Part shown: positions 1 through 11,748 of the stretch, piece after piece | Numbering within the stretch: position 1 is the first letter of the stretch | How the letters are laid out: every line of letters starts with the position of its first letter | The notes under the pieces: model-generated | Database searches by the model: none | Told to the model about the DNA's origin: nothing | What the model saw: the letters and a program-made list of their open reading frames with translations, nothing else | Assembly (NCBI GenBank): GCA_965644295.1 | Contig: CBFFRP010000199.1 | Location: 372,001-436,000 of the forward strand | Direction: 5' to 3' | Source of the DNA: Paraphysomonas bandaiensis | Lineage: Eukaryota; Protista; Chrysophyceae | Length of the DNA: 64,000 nt | Position numbers and translations under genes: made by a program

Positions 1-379
1 TGATCTAACTATTCCGTTGTGCATGATAGTTATGTTCTATATTGTTGTTCATAATTTTCACTCTATCGTGTTCATTACTTACACTCTAATAATCACAACA
101 TTATTTTACTATTATAAAGATCAATTCTTTATTAGACTCCTTTAGTGGGAGCGATAGCGACATGCAATTAGTAGCAAATCTATCTCTCATTCCTAATGCT
201 ACTCTTCTCAGTACCTTTTCATTCTGCTCGACACTCTCAGAGGTGGTATTCAAACCTGGAGTGCGGTAACTATCCACATGCAATCTAACTTTTGGTACGA
301 CACCATTCTGTGGACAGTCTGGGCGGAATGGATGCGCCTGTAATTCCGCATGATTTACAACTATACCAGTCGATAATCT

Positions 380-1230
380 ATCCCTCAGACATAGATTATG
401 TAGCTAGCAACGGACTTTAAAAATTTTCACCATAGCTCTGATGGTAAGACGCTCTAAAGGTGCTACAAGAATGCGCCACCTAGTCAGTACTGCTATAAGC
501 AACACTATAACGTATATTGCTACGCATTATTACCTACTGGTCATCATTCCGAAAGCTCTTTCGATGACCTGTCGTCCTTTGGATAAATAAAGATTGAATA
601 AATCTTCTCGAGTATTGACTCCATGTGCCCCTTCAAATGGACACAGTAAACAAGGCATCAGGCTGTATGCCGCATCTCCAACAAAGAAGTTCCCTTCAGA
701 GACTTTGAATTCATCGTCTTTGCAGCGCTGCCAGAATCGCGATTTCCTTATGGCACATCCATCCGCAGTTGCACCCTTATGACCTACATTTACGTACAAG
801 AACTCGTCGTTGTAATCAGCTACTCCTTGCATATTCAAAGCGTAGAACGACTTGTAACAGCGATAAGGACGGGCATTTCGAACTCCAGCTGGAAGTTTGA
901 TATGAACAAGTAACCCATCAATTCCACCGAGACACTCATCCTGGAGATGGAGACATTCTGAAGAGACCCTTATATTCCTCCGGAGATAGCTGAGAAATGT
1001 ACTTTTCCGCAGCTTCCCGGCAAAAATTTAAGTCAGATCTATTTCTAGACTTTTCCTTCATGATTTCCTCTGCTTCATCTACTGTCGATGCCTCTCCATT
1101 TTCTATCATGCTCAATTATCTGCTGCTTCTTGTAATCGCGTAATTCTTTCGGATTTTCTTTACAATAGCGATGAAATAACTCCCCTCTCCGGTCAGCTTC
1201 ATCGAATAAATACATAAGCCTGTCATGTCG
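380..1230 (-). pseudogene. Decayed PIF/Harbinger (HARBI1-like DDE) transposase
   Basis: The minus strand reads EEYKGLFRMS, then ECLGGIDGLLVHI...YKSFYALNMQGVAD...GHKGATADG...VGDAAY...FNLYLSKGRQVIERAFGMMTSR. An intron at 480-533 is followed by WRIL...C*LHNLC. These are Harbinger catalytic motifs, with an in-frame stop before LHN and the HTH region missing. Ends are approximate. Confidence 0.85.
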
Positions 1231-1586
1231 ACTACTTGTTGGGAAGATATTCATGTCTCAATCATCTATAATGGTCACTGTGTATCCACACTTTAAGAGG
1301 TTAATATTGTAACGTGTGTTTCTATATGTTACTGTTTTGTCGTTTTTTTGAGGTTTTCAGGCCTGGTCTGAATAAAGACCGCGGGCCTTAGTTTCCTCTG
1401 CGTTGGTCTGTGTGAGGATGAAGGATTTCTTTCCTTATAAGCGTGCAGTGGACACAAAGTGACTACTTGCCACTGACAGCTACTGTTCTGATGCTGTATC
1501 AAGTCATTGAAAGTGATTTATTTGTGCTTGACTGAGGCTATATCTGGATATAAGATAGTAGATATATAGCACTACAGGTACCTGTG

Positions 1587-2990
1587 ATGCTCCCTGGACT
1601 ACAGCAGGGTCGAAGAACGACTTATGATGATGACGATGATGAAATTGAGCTCGGAAATCATCAGTCTCAGTCTCAGTCCCAGTCTCATTCTCGTATTCAG
1701 AGGTTTGTCAAGCGCAGGCAGGGATATACCCCAGCAGACCCGGATGATGAACCAGTAATATTAACAGAAAATGAGCGGAGGGTTATTTCTCTAACAGAGA
1801 GAAGCATTCGAGCAAGTAGTTCCTGTCGTCAATTATTTACACTATCTACACTGATTATTGTTGTCCAGGTAAAGCGTAAGATAGTATTATTTTGATTTAC
1901 TCTGATTTTTATTGCATCAGATTGGTGTACTGATATGGATTTATCGCAAGGACGGATTCGTATCATTCGAAGAGAACCCCATGTTTGGACCTTCTGCCTA
2001 CACTCTGGTAAGTCGTGGTTGTAATATTTATCTTGCATTATGATTTACTATCCATTATATGCTTCAAGGTAAAGTATGGGGCCAAGCAATATGGATATAT
2101 TCTTTTGAAAGAGCAATGGTGGCGTTTAGTGTCCCCAATATTTCTACACGCCGGAGTAATTCATATTTTTTCCAATGTGTACATACAGGTATACAGAAAT
2201 CTATAATAATTTTTACCTAAACATTGTCGCAGTGGCGGGTTGGGTCATATTTATATTTACTGTGGGGTTCTGTGCCCTGGCTCTTGATATACTTCTTATC
2301 TGGAGTGTATGGGAACATACTTAGGTGAGATATTTCTGGTTTCGTGTACGTGAATGATGATATGGGTTAGCTGCATATCTCATCCAGATGATGTTGGAGT
2401 TGGAAGTAGTGGTTCGCTAATGGGGATTCTGGCAGCCTGGGTTGTGTTTATCATATACACCTGGTTCGTATTTCTGAAGTCGTATAAATATTTACTGCGT
2501 TTAATAGTGCCATTGCAGGAATCAGATACCAGAGGAGCTGAAGAGTGATAGAAATTCGCAGCTGTGCTCGGTTCTTTTTGCTATCACAGTCACGGTATGC
2601 ACACTGTTTAAGCAAGCTTATATGAAGCCAAACTACTGCCCATGTCTTTGGATTCGTTTGACGTGGTATTTTATTGCAGCTACTACTGTCAATTGTAGAG
2701 TTCATAGATGGCTCTGCCCATCTGGGCGGTGCACTACAGGGTGCACTTCTTGCAATGTGCTTCTTAAGTGATGAAATACAGAGCACTTGCTGCAAGGTAC
2801 TGTAGTCCTATCTAATCATCATCTATAACGTTTTTTGCAGTGGTGTATACGCTTACTGTCGCTTGGATTGAGTGTAGCCTCTTTTTTAGTGACGATTGAT
2901 TATATGCTAAGGCATATAGAACCATCTAGAGATATAATGGAACAGCTAGAAAGTGGTCCGCCAGAAGATGACCAGTATCAACAGTACTAA
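1587..2990 (+). CDS. Rhomboid-family intramembrane serine protease (multi-exon)
   Basis: Spliced exons give ENPMFGPS, WWRLVSPIFLHAGVIH, GVGSSGSLMG (catalytic GxSG) and AHLGG (catalytic His). Stop TAA at 2988-2990. Confidence 0.9.
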
Positions 2991-3271
2991 CGTCTAACGT
3001 GGTATTTTCTGGTATATTTTACGACGATTGGAAATTAGCCTGTGTTGTCTGCATGTTGGACTAAAATACTCTAATTAATGTGAAGACGTAGACGATAAAT
3101 ATAAATTGCAATTCTGGAAGACGGAAGACTAATATAATTTTCACATCCCATTGTTAATCTGGTAATCAATCGGTTGTATTAAGCAATTGCGCAGAATACA
3201 GATACTGCTAATATATATAACAATAACTAATAACAGCTATGTATACATGAAGCTAAAACGAATATACTCTA

Positions 3272-4421
3272 CTATGGAGTCAGGGCATCAAGTATCAGCA
3301 AAAAAAAGGCCAGTCCAACAATAAATGCTACAGTAGTTACTTGAAATGACTTCGATCGCTGCACCGTTAGAAGTAGCTGTTCATCTGTTTCTTGCACATG
3401 AGCGGTTGCTGCCTTGCTCGCGTCGTGAACATCCTCTACCATTTCCGCTTGAGTCCTCAGGACCGAAACAAATTCATTTAGCATGTCAAAAACGCCTGTT
3501 ATGGTATGTTCAATCTGCATAGCTTCCTGAAGGTCATCACTGAACTTCTCAGACATTTGTTTACTCTCGGCTAATAAAGCCTCACGGTGTTTGGATGCAA
3601 ACGAATTGTACTCTTTCATTTTGCTAGGTGCTGCAATCTCGGAGGTGTAGCGGTCTGCGAACCCAGGGTTTTGAATCGATGTCGAATCCGTACGGTCCGT
3701 CACAGTGGCCGGCTTTAATACCACACGTGAATTTTTTCCTTTAGAGCTTTCTTCTTTGGAATCTATAACTTCATTATCTTTGATAGGTGTAAGAGATCGA
3801 CTCCGCTTGTGCTGAAATAATTTGAATGGGGAAGCTGAGTACTTGGCGTGCAGGTTACGCATCAGCTGACAAGCCTTCGTGAACCGCTGCAAACACTGAA
3901 CTATTGATCAGTACACATAAAAACTAACAAGATTGTGCTCACATCCAAGAGAAATGTCACGATACAAGTGAAGTGTTCGGCAGATTGTTGGCTGGCGTGG
4001 GTGCCGTGGTTACGCTTTAAATCGTTTACCTCTGTTGTCCAGCCGATTGCAAACACAGTAATTTCTTGGTCTACCCTCTTTCTTTCCTCATCAGACATGT
4101 GGTCTGTCCTGTTAGACGATTAGGCATTACAACTAATGTAACAAAAACGAAAGATGACTGCATACCTGAGAAGCCCGTTATGATGAAAATTAACGTAACT
4201 GTCATGCAGCTTAAGTATTTTAGATTCCATTTCTCGAAGCTTTTTCAACTACAGTGCATTTCACATAAGTAAATAGTGCTAACAGTTAACGGCAGTACCA
4301 TATCTCCCGCCTGTATAATGGACGGAGTGGCGGATACACGCGGCTTACTAGGCCTCTCCTGGTGGTCAACCTGCTGCTCAGCCGCTCTCACAAATGATCG
4401 AAACTCCGAAGTACAGTCCAT
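3272..4421 (-). CDS. Syntaxin-18/SYP81-like Qa-SNARE (multi-exon)
   Basis: N-terminus MDCTSEFRSFV, MSDEERKRVDQEI segment, C-terminal SNARE coil with central Q (TQAEMVEDVH), and a C-terminal TM anchor. Confidence 0.75.
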
Positions 4422-4711
4422 ACTTTGGCAAGTCGTACAGCAGTAGTGTCACATTGGTAGGATGAGTGTGATTCTATCACTGCACATTACAGTAGCTACA
4501 ATATGCTAGCAGTCACCGCAGCAGTGTACTGTATATCTTGGTATACTGCGATATGTACACCGGCATGTTAACACTTGTCTATGCAGTATTCGGCGGTATA
4601 CCGTGTGTAGTGTAGTATGATGTTTTTATGAGATGGCAGTCAGTCAGTCAGTCGGTCTGCAGAGAAGTCAGAACATAACACCCGCCCGCCCCTCCAGAAT
4701 CTATCCGCACC

Positions 4712-6659
4712 ATGTCACAGCCCGTGGAAGATACGCCACTAGACACTGAAGCAGATACGGTTTCATCCGCTGCGGGCAAATCCCGTAAGAAGAACCGCTC
4801 CCGCAGAAAGAAGAAAGCCCCTGCAAGCGGCCTACCCACAGGCCAATCTCTGTCCCCCGCCTTCACTGCGTGCTCTACACACTTCAGAGTCGTCCAGGAG
4901 GAACGAAGGGGGAGATGTGCGTATGCGAAAGAGAAGATTGCTGCAGGGGAGTGTGTGTTACGTGAGAAGCCGTACGCTCTACGGGCCAATGGAGCCTCAA
5001 TGTGTGCAACCTGTGGATGCATACCGGAGGAAAAAGAGACATCTCTTAGGGTTAATATTGGTGACTTTGTTTTTTTTTGCTCAGAGACATGCATGGAGGA
5101 ATACTCATCTGTGAATCCTGAGATAGTGGGTTTGATTAATACTATCAAGGATTCTGCTGCTGTCCACAATTGCGACGTGGACTTGCTCTTTATTACATTT
5201 CACATCTTACGCCATATACACAGCTATTCTGATAACCTAGAAAATGACTTGTTTGTTGATTACGCTGATTATATGCAGTCTACGGCCGCTGGATTTATGG
5301 CACAACTGTCTCATTGTGATCAGCAAAATTCTAGTTGGGTAGCTTCTGTACGTGCTGCTGCAGTACACGTATTAGAATCAGGCGCTGCTAGCTGGCTCCT
5401 TTCTAATTGTTCCGTAGAATGTGCTTCTGACATGGCAATAGGCGTGGCCTCTCGTGTCAATGTCAATTCCTATGGAGTGGTGGCGGACGTACTCGGTACA
5501 CGCAAAGTGTGTGGCTTCGGTGCATTTCCCATTGCTGCCATGCTATTCAACCACAGTTGTGCCCCGAATATCGCCAATGTGTTTGTTGATGGGCGGATGG
5601 AGTATCGCACACTGCGAGAAATATCAGCTGGAGAGGAACTGTGTGTTTCATACATAGATTGCACTCAGAGTCTACATTTACGCAGGGATTCTCTCCTGAA
5701 AACCAAATTTTTTATGTGCCACTGCTCACGATGCTCCGCGCACGATATGGCTCTGGAAAGTACCGTAACATGTAAAGCACCTACAGAAACAGCAATAGCA
5801 ACGAGTGTTCTTGCAGACCTCATGCTTGAGGGATTATACTGTTCTGACTGCGGTACTAGTACTTGACTTTAGCTATGCCTTTATTCAGTTCACTGGTCTG
5901 CATGTATGCAGGCCCAGCTGGTGTAGTAGTGTGCTTTGAACCCTCAAATAAAGAAGGCGAAAGTCCATACCGTTGCGTAGTGTGCGGGAAGCAGGTTGGT
6001 CTTTTAGCTAATTGTGAAGTTGTTTTGATAACCATGTAGGGGCCGGCGGGATCGGAGCGAGTTAATGCCATTGCTGCAGATAGTTGGAAGGCGGTGTCTC
6101 GATCTCTCGGGCCAGGATTGGCCCCTAATCAAGCACTGCTTTCAATTGAGCGATGGATGGTTGAGTTTGACCCAGGGTTCACGCAGCCAATATCGGGGCT
6201 TTCAACTACGCAACAGCGTCGCGTGCGCCTCGCTCACGGCATTCCCCTACAGCTACACCCAGCACATTACCTATTCATCGATGTTAATGTTGCATACTTC
6301 AATGCCTTAATGACGTCGGGCCATGATGACCTGCGTTCACTCTCTCGATTGAAGATAGGGCATGATATCATGTCCAACACTGTACCAGATCGTGTACCGG
6401 AAAAAGCCGTCTATGAGTTGATGTATGCGGAAGCAATAGAGTCATTCCTAAAGAAAAATTTACCTAAAAAGACTGCCCAGGTAGTAACTGTGTATGCATG
6501 TGACAATGTCTAACATATTGGTTAATATAGTCCTGGCGCAAAGAAATGTACAGTTTACGAGATAGTGCTGCCTTATGCAAGTATGTTCTCTTTTATTTGG
6601 AATGATCTACTAATAACTCATTGATTGTTTGTTTCAGGTGCATATTACATATTCCGTAG
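4712..6659 (+). CDS. SMYD-like SET-domain lysine methyltransferase (multi-exon)
   Basis: RGRCAYA..I.AGE, a degenerate MYND (CxxC...FCSETC), FNHSCAPN, GEELCVSYID and post-SET CHCSRC. Downstream exons splice to a stop at 6657-6659. Confidence 0.85.
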
Positions 6660-7214
6660 AATTGAACATCAGTAATAAAACAAAGCTGCTGAACATCGTT
6701 TTTCTGCAATATGGATGAGGTACTAAAATTCGCTGTTTTGTAGTATTACACATGAGATAGCTACCAATTCGTGCTCTACAGGGTACCATACCAATTTGCT
6801 ACAACAGAATTGAAAAGTATGTATTGTTCTCCTACCATGTGTTTTGGGTACTTGACTTTAAAGCTGTAACTTAAATTATGAACAATACATACTTTTGTGT
6901 TACTTATTACTTATTGTAGTAAAAAATTGAAATCAAGGAATGTAAGTAGCAACACATTTTCTAGTAGTATCTACTATATCACTTGATTATAATTGGCGCT
7001 GTACGCCAGTTTTGCTAATTGGTTGCCATGAAAATGAACGTACACTCGTCATAACGGTGCTGCTTAGCCGGTTATGTACCCCAAATCCCAAAGGGCGTCC
7101 CCCTGACATATCCCTTCTGTGCTTCAATAGAGAGCTTCTCCTTTACATACAAGAACGAAAGTTGTCGCACCTTCTTGGTGCTTGCGGCGGCGACACATAA
7201 GCAGCTTCGACACA

Positions 7215-7319
7215 GTCTTGACTTGAAGAAGGAAGGATGTCACTGACTATATTCATGACAGTTGCCTTCTTGTAGTTTGGGACGCCTGCCCGTCAACCAC
7301 TAGTAGAGGAAGTCGCCAT
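7215..7319 (-). pseudogene. Remnant of a Myb/SANT-like transposon-associated DNA-binding gene
   Basis: Reads MATSSTSG*RAGVPNYKKATVMNIVSDILPSSSQD, which resembles the start of Harbinger-partner Myb-like proteins. The TGA probably arose from CGA. Short and recognised by eye only. Confidence 0.3.
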
Positions 7320-7786
7320 ACTTGATGTCCTCTTTACTATTAACAATACAATAGCTATATAATTAACATGTTAGCTACTATATAATCAATGATCAAGATT
7401 CGTATGCAATAATTTAGGCAGGCACCAGTGCATAAATACCCTGATTTTTAGGATCCTAGATACATTGATTACTGATTACTGTATATTTACGTGCAATACA
7501 GAACTGAAAACCTCATATTTATAGTGTTCACCACTTTCAGCAGCAGCACCAGCAGATGTAGAGTATATTCGTATACTGTATCTGTATCTGCCTGTATCAT
7601 AGCACTGGGCTGCATGTTTATCACACAGAGTTATGAATGTTCTGCAGGCGATACTTACTCCACCATGCCATAAGCTCTACTCCAATAAGTCCATTGAAAA
7701 TACATGCGTATATGCATTCGTTTCTTTGAATAAACCTCTTCTCTGATTCTCTATTAATATAAGACCCTCTCAGTGAATCCGTTAAT

Positions 7787-7830
7787 ACACATACACACAC
7801 ACATACACACACACACATATACATATACAT
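7787..7830. repeat. (CA)/(TA) mixed microsatellite upstream of the PH-TIPE gene
   Basis: acacatacacacacacatacacacacacatatacatatacat. Confidence 0.9.
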
Positions 7831-7953
7831 AGATAAGATGTCTGGAGAGGAAGAGTAGTGGAAATAGACTCTAATTCACGTGTATCGGTTATCATCATAT
7901 AACAGTTAAGAGTGTGCTACTAAGTTTAATATACTATCCGCAAAACACTGATA

Positions 7954-9139
7954 ATGACCACTACTGTCCTAGCTGAGGGCTATCTCGACAAAGCGGTAGG
8001 TGTTAATGAGTCCGTGTATATATAGTCATGTGTATCGTTTATTTAACAGGGAAAGTATGCGAAATCATGGAAGCGGCGATGGTTCGTCCTTACAACCAAC
8101 TCGTTGGCTTATTTTGATGACGAATTAAAGAGTGAAACAAAGGGCCGTGTGTTTCTTTCTACCAGCACCAGTGTGTCGGATATCAGTGAAACCCGTGGCA
8201 TTGTCACCAAGAGTTCACGTTATAGCTTCAGTATAACATCAACAGGAAATAATGGCGATATACATCATGATATTGAAGTTTCGACCGACAATCGTGACAC
8301 CATAAATAAGTGGCGTGATCTGTTACTACGTAAGAAATCGTGAATATAAACCGCCATTATTCCGTGAAACTGTGATGTAGGTGCGGTAGCAGAACAAACA
8401 TCCAGCGACAGTGATGATGATCTTGTTATCGTTGATGGTGAACAGATTCCAACTGAAGCTGTAATGGAGGGTCGACCTGCGCTCTCCACAAACGCACGTA
8501 TTCAACGGTTCGTCGTTTCGAAACTGGCGACATCTAGTGCTGGCCAAGATCTTATGACTCGTGCTGTTGGTAGTGATATCAAGACCGTTATAGACTGCTT
8601 CATAGCTGCAGTGGCCAAATGTAAGTACGCGCAGCCTTTTTGTTGAAATGCAGTAGTTTTGCTGACCCATTACTCGAGTAGTTGCGGGTGATTCGTCAGC
8701 TGCAGTCATGAAAGAACATTGTCTCAAGCTTGCATGTAAGCTAATGGTTCTCTTCAATGATGGTGCTATTAGCAGAGAAGAAATGACAAATGTCGACTAT
8801 CAACTTCAACGCATTATGGGCACTGTGATGAGGTGTATATGGCGACCGCCAGCTGTGTCAGAAGACGAGTCGCTGAGCTCAGATTCAGCGAACACGCTGG
8901 ATGCGAATATTGCACATTTACAGGGACTTCTGAATGATTTTCACAACTCAACTATTCCACTTCTGTCGAAACATATGAGCGTCAAAAACAGCAGTCGGCT
9001 AACTGATGTAACGAACTTCTTTACGAATAAAGAGTTTTTGTCTGCGCTATTTTCTTCAAGAGATTTTGCACCGGAGCGACAGAATTTAAAAGCCTCATCC
9101 AAACATATGTATGATAGTCGAAACATAAACAGTAAGTAG
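7954..9139 (+). CDS. PH domain + TNFAIP8/TIPE (DUF758)-like fusion protein (multi-exon)
   Basis: Exons 1-2 give EGYLDKAGKYAKSWKRRWFVL...LAYF...KGRVFL...KW (PH domain). The C-terminal half, IQRFVVSKLATS...LKLACKLMVLFNDGAIS...LLSKHMSVKNSSRLTDVTNFFTNKEFLSALF, aligns by eye with the TIPE helices. A spliced end near 9214 is also possible. Confidence 0.75.
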
Positions 9140-9702
9140 TTCGTAGCTTATTGCTGTGATACTTGACGTGTACTGATGAAATTCGAAATGTAATATGCAG
9201 GGTTATCATTTTAATTCACTTGAATTGTAGTATGGTATATTTGTAATTGATAAACCTCATCCAAAAATATGTATTATCGAAATATAGGCAATAAACAGTT
9301 GGTGGCAAGTTGCTGTGGTAATTGATGTAGTAGTACATGCAGTAAGCAGTGTACACCGATGAAATTCGAAATGTGATATGCAGTGCTCTCACTGTTTCAC
9401 ATTATTTGCTAAAATGGTTCCGATAATAACGGCTTAATGGGAGGCATTCCTCTACACAAGTATTTTTCCTTTATTATAGAAACCATAAAATAAATTGGGC
9501 TTCAGGAATACATTTGAGTAACTTCTGATTTCTGACAAGGTCTTATGATGATAGGTATTCTTAATTGGGTTAGTATATTTAAAGCAGACACTGCTGCTTT
9601 CTGATTTTTTAAAGTTGTAAATGAAATGGTGTATAATTTTGATACTTTTCGATGTATTATGAAATGATGAGTTATACCTCAAAAACCAGAGTTGCTACTT
9701 AG

Positions 9703-10423
9703 CAGGGCCAGTCAATTGGATTGCAATATAATATTGCAAATATTTATTTTGCTTGCTACAATATATTTTTGATTATTATTTTAGCAAAATGTATTTCTCA
9801 TGCTAGTGTGTCTTGATTAATATGCTTGATTAATCACAAACTACTCTTCATAATTACTATTATAACATCGAGCAATTATGATAACTACCTGCAACAAAGA
9901 ACACTACTCATGTTCAATATTAGAATTCGAACTGTATCTGTCAAGCTATTCGCCAGATATAAACTCCAAAACTGATTAAATTGATGCTGCTATCCTCATC
10001 CAAATATGTTTTTCTTGTGATATGTAATAGAATGCCTTGCTAAACAGTCTATAAGCAAGATGCCAGTAACATGATCGCCATATCTGCTCAAACTATAATA
10101 CCAAACTACTATTCGATTCCAAACAATTCGTTTGCTATTATCACTTTAACAGTATAGCTCCAGCGGGCTGATCATAAGTATGAGGGCGACAGTGATGAAG
10201 AGGTGGAACATTTAGAGTACTAGTTGCTGCATAGTTATTAGGTTTTCGCCATCATGTTGTAACCTCTACTAACTAGTTACTACCGATCGAGCTTATTTCT
10301 GCTTCTTAGCGCCCAATATATATATTGCAACATATTAAAAATTATTATTGGTCTTGAAAATATTATGATTATTATTGTTTTTAATTTCTCTTGGCAATGT
10401 ATATACATTGTTGACTGGACCTG
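9703..10423. mobile_element. Non-autonomous hAT-type element (TIR CAGG(G/T)CCAGTCAA)
   Basis: Left end cagggccagtcaa, right end ttgactggacctg. The 8-bp flanks ctacttag / ctgcttag match 7/8, the TSD length typical of hAT. Confidence 0.8.
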
Positions 10424-10434
10424 CTGCTTAGTAG

Positions 10435-10680
10435 AGAGTGAATGTCCTATTTTTAGCAGAATAGGCGTTTAAGAGTCCGTGCTTAACTCTGATATCCTTC
10501 TATTGAACGCAAGCACCAAGGTGCAAACCGCTTTCGCTCTATCACTCAAAGCAAACGCAGTGAGCAAGCAGAACATCTAGTGACTTCAGGATTTTGAGTC
10601 CTTCAGGTGAACAGCCCGGATTCAGCAGGCAGCCCAATACCCCGGATGCCCTTGAGGTGGGCCTATTCCCGGGTACTGGA
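10435..10680 (+). repeat. Unclassified dispersed repeat family B, copy
   Basis: Shares tagca..aataggcgtt, gtgcttaactctgatatcc, gcaagcaccaaggtg, aggtgaacagcccggat and ccttgaggtgggc blocks with 44074-44510 and 48775-49020. Confidence 0.8.
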
Positions 10681-11748
10681 CATCATTGGATTCAACAAAT
10701 ATTACACTATGCAGGAGACTTCTAGTTTGCTGTGAATGATATACCTGCAAGTTGTGTGAGGGCATATATGTAGCAGGCTTGCATAGCAATAAATTTGCAA
10801 TTATTTCGTGGGAAGTATTCAACAATAATATTTGTAACTACAACGTTGTCTTCAATTATCCAATTATTGATATTTTTATTATATTTAATAAATTTGAATA
10901 CCGATATCTATTTTCTAGGTAATATGACCTCATACCCATTTATTCATTCGTGAATCAATTTTTCCAAAGGCTTTAAACTCTATGAACGGACCTTGTTTTT
11001 CAAGTCAAGATGGTTAATACATGACGAGTAATAGGCATGAATATGTGTGAACAAAAATACTGCCTTCTGCTATTCTTTCTTGGATAGTTGCTTTTATAGT
11101 TTCACTAGTACGGTGAGTATAGCACTTCATCTTTTCTATACTCAAACATGAACACTTCAGCTAAAAAGTATAAAGAGGTTGATCTCGAGGAGATAGCAGT
11201 CGTTTGGTAGACACCAAGTCAGTCATACCTCTGTAATGGAGGACACGCTTCATGAAGTAAATAGTTTTCAGCTTTTGAGAAATATAAATTAACTTCTTCA
11301 CTGGCTCTCCGAAGCACAACATTCTTTAGCTAATGATAGTGTCAGCATCAGATCATTGACTCTGATGCCTTCCCGGAAGGGTTGCTATAAACAAGTGCTG
11401 AAGTCCACCAAAAAACATAATATAAAGAATTATCCTATAAAAACAGCGATATATGAATCCCAGTGATCTCATTCGCAGAGTCCTGTTGAAGAGTGTTATG
11501 TTGTGTACCATGTGTTGGAGGAAGGACTGCACGACGTAGAGTGGTGATTGGCTAATGTCATAGTGGTTCTATTTTTGTATTGGCATCCACACAAGTGTGT
11601 ACTCCACTGTATTTTGCTCTGTATGTGGACCAGTATGTATATCGATGCATGGGCATCACAGTGATATATGCATGAGTATATCACAGGCATGCATAGAGCA
11701 AACCTATTGTGCTTGAGCTGATCACCTTCTCGTCTCACTCACAAAATA

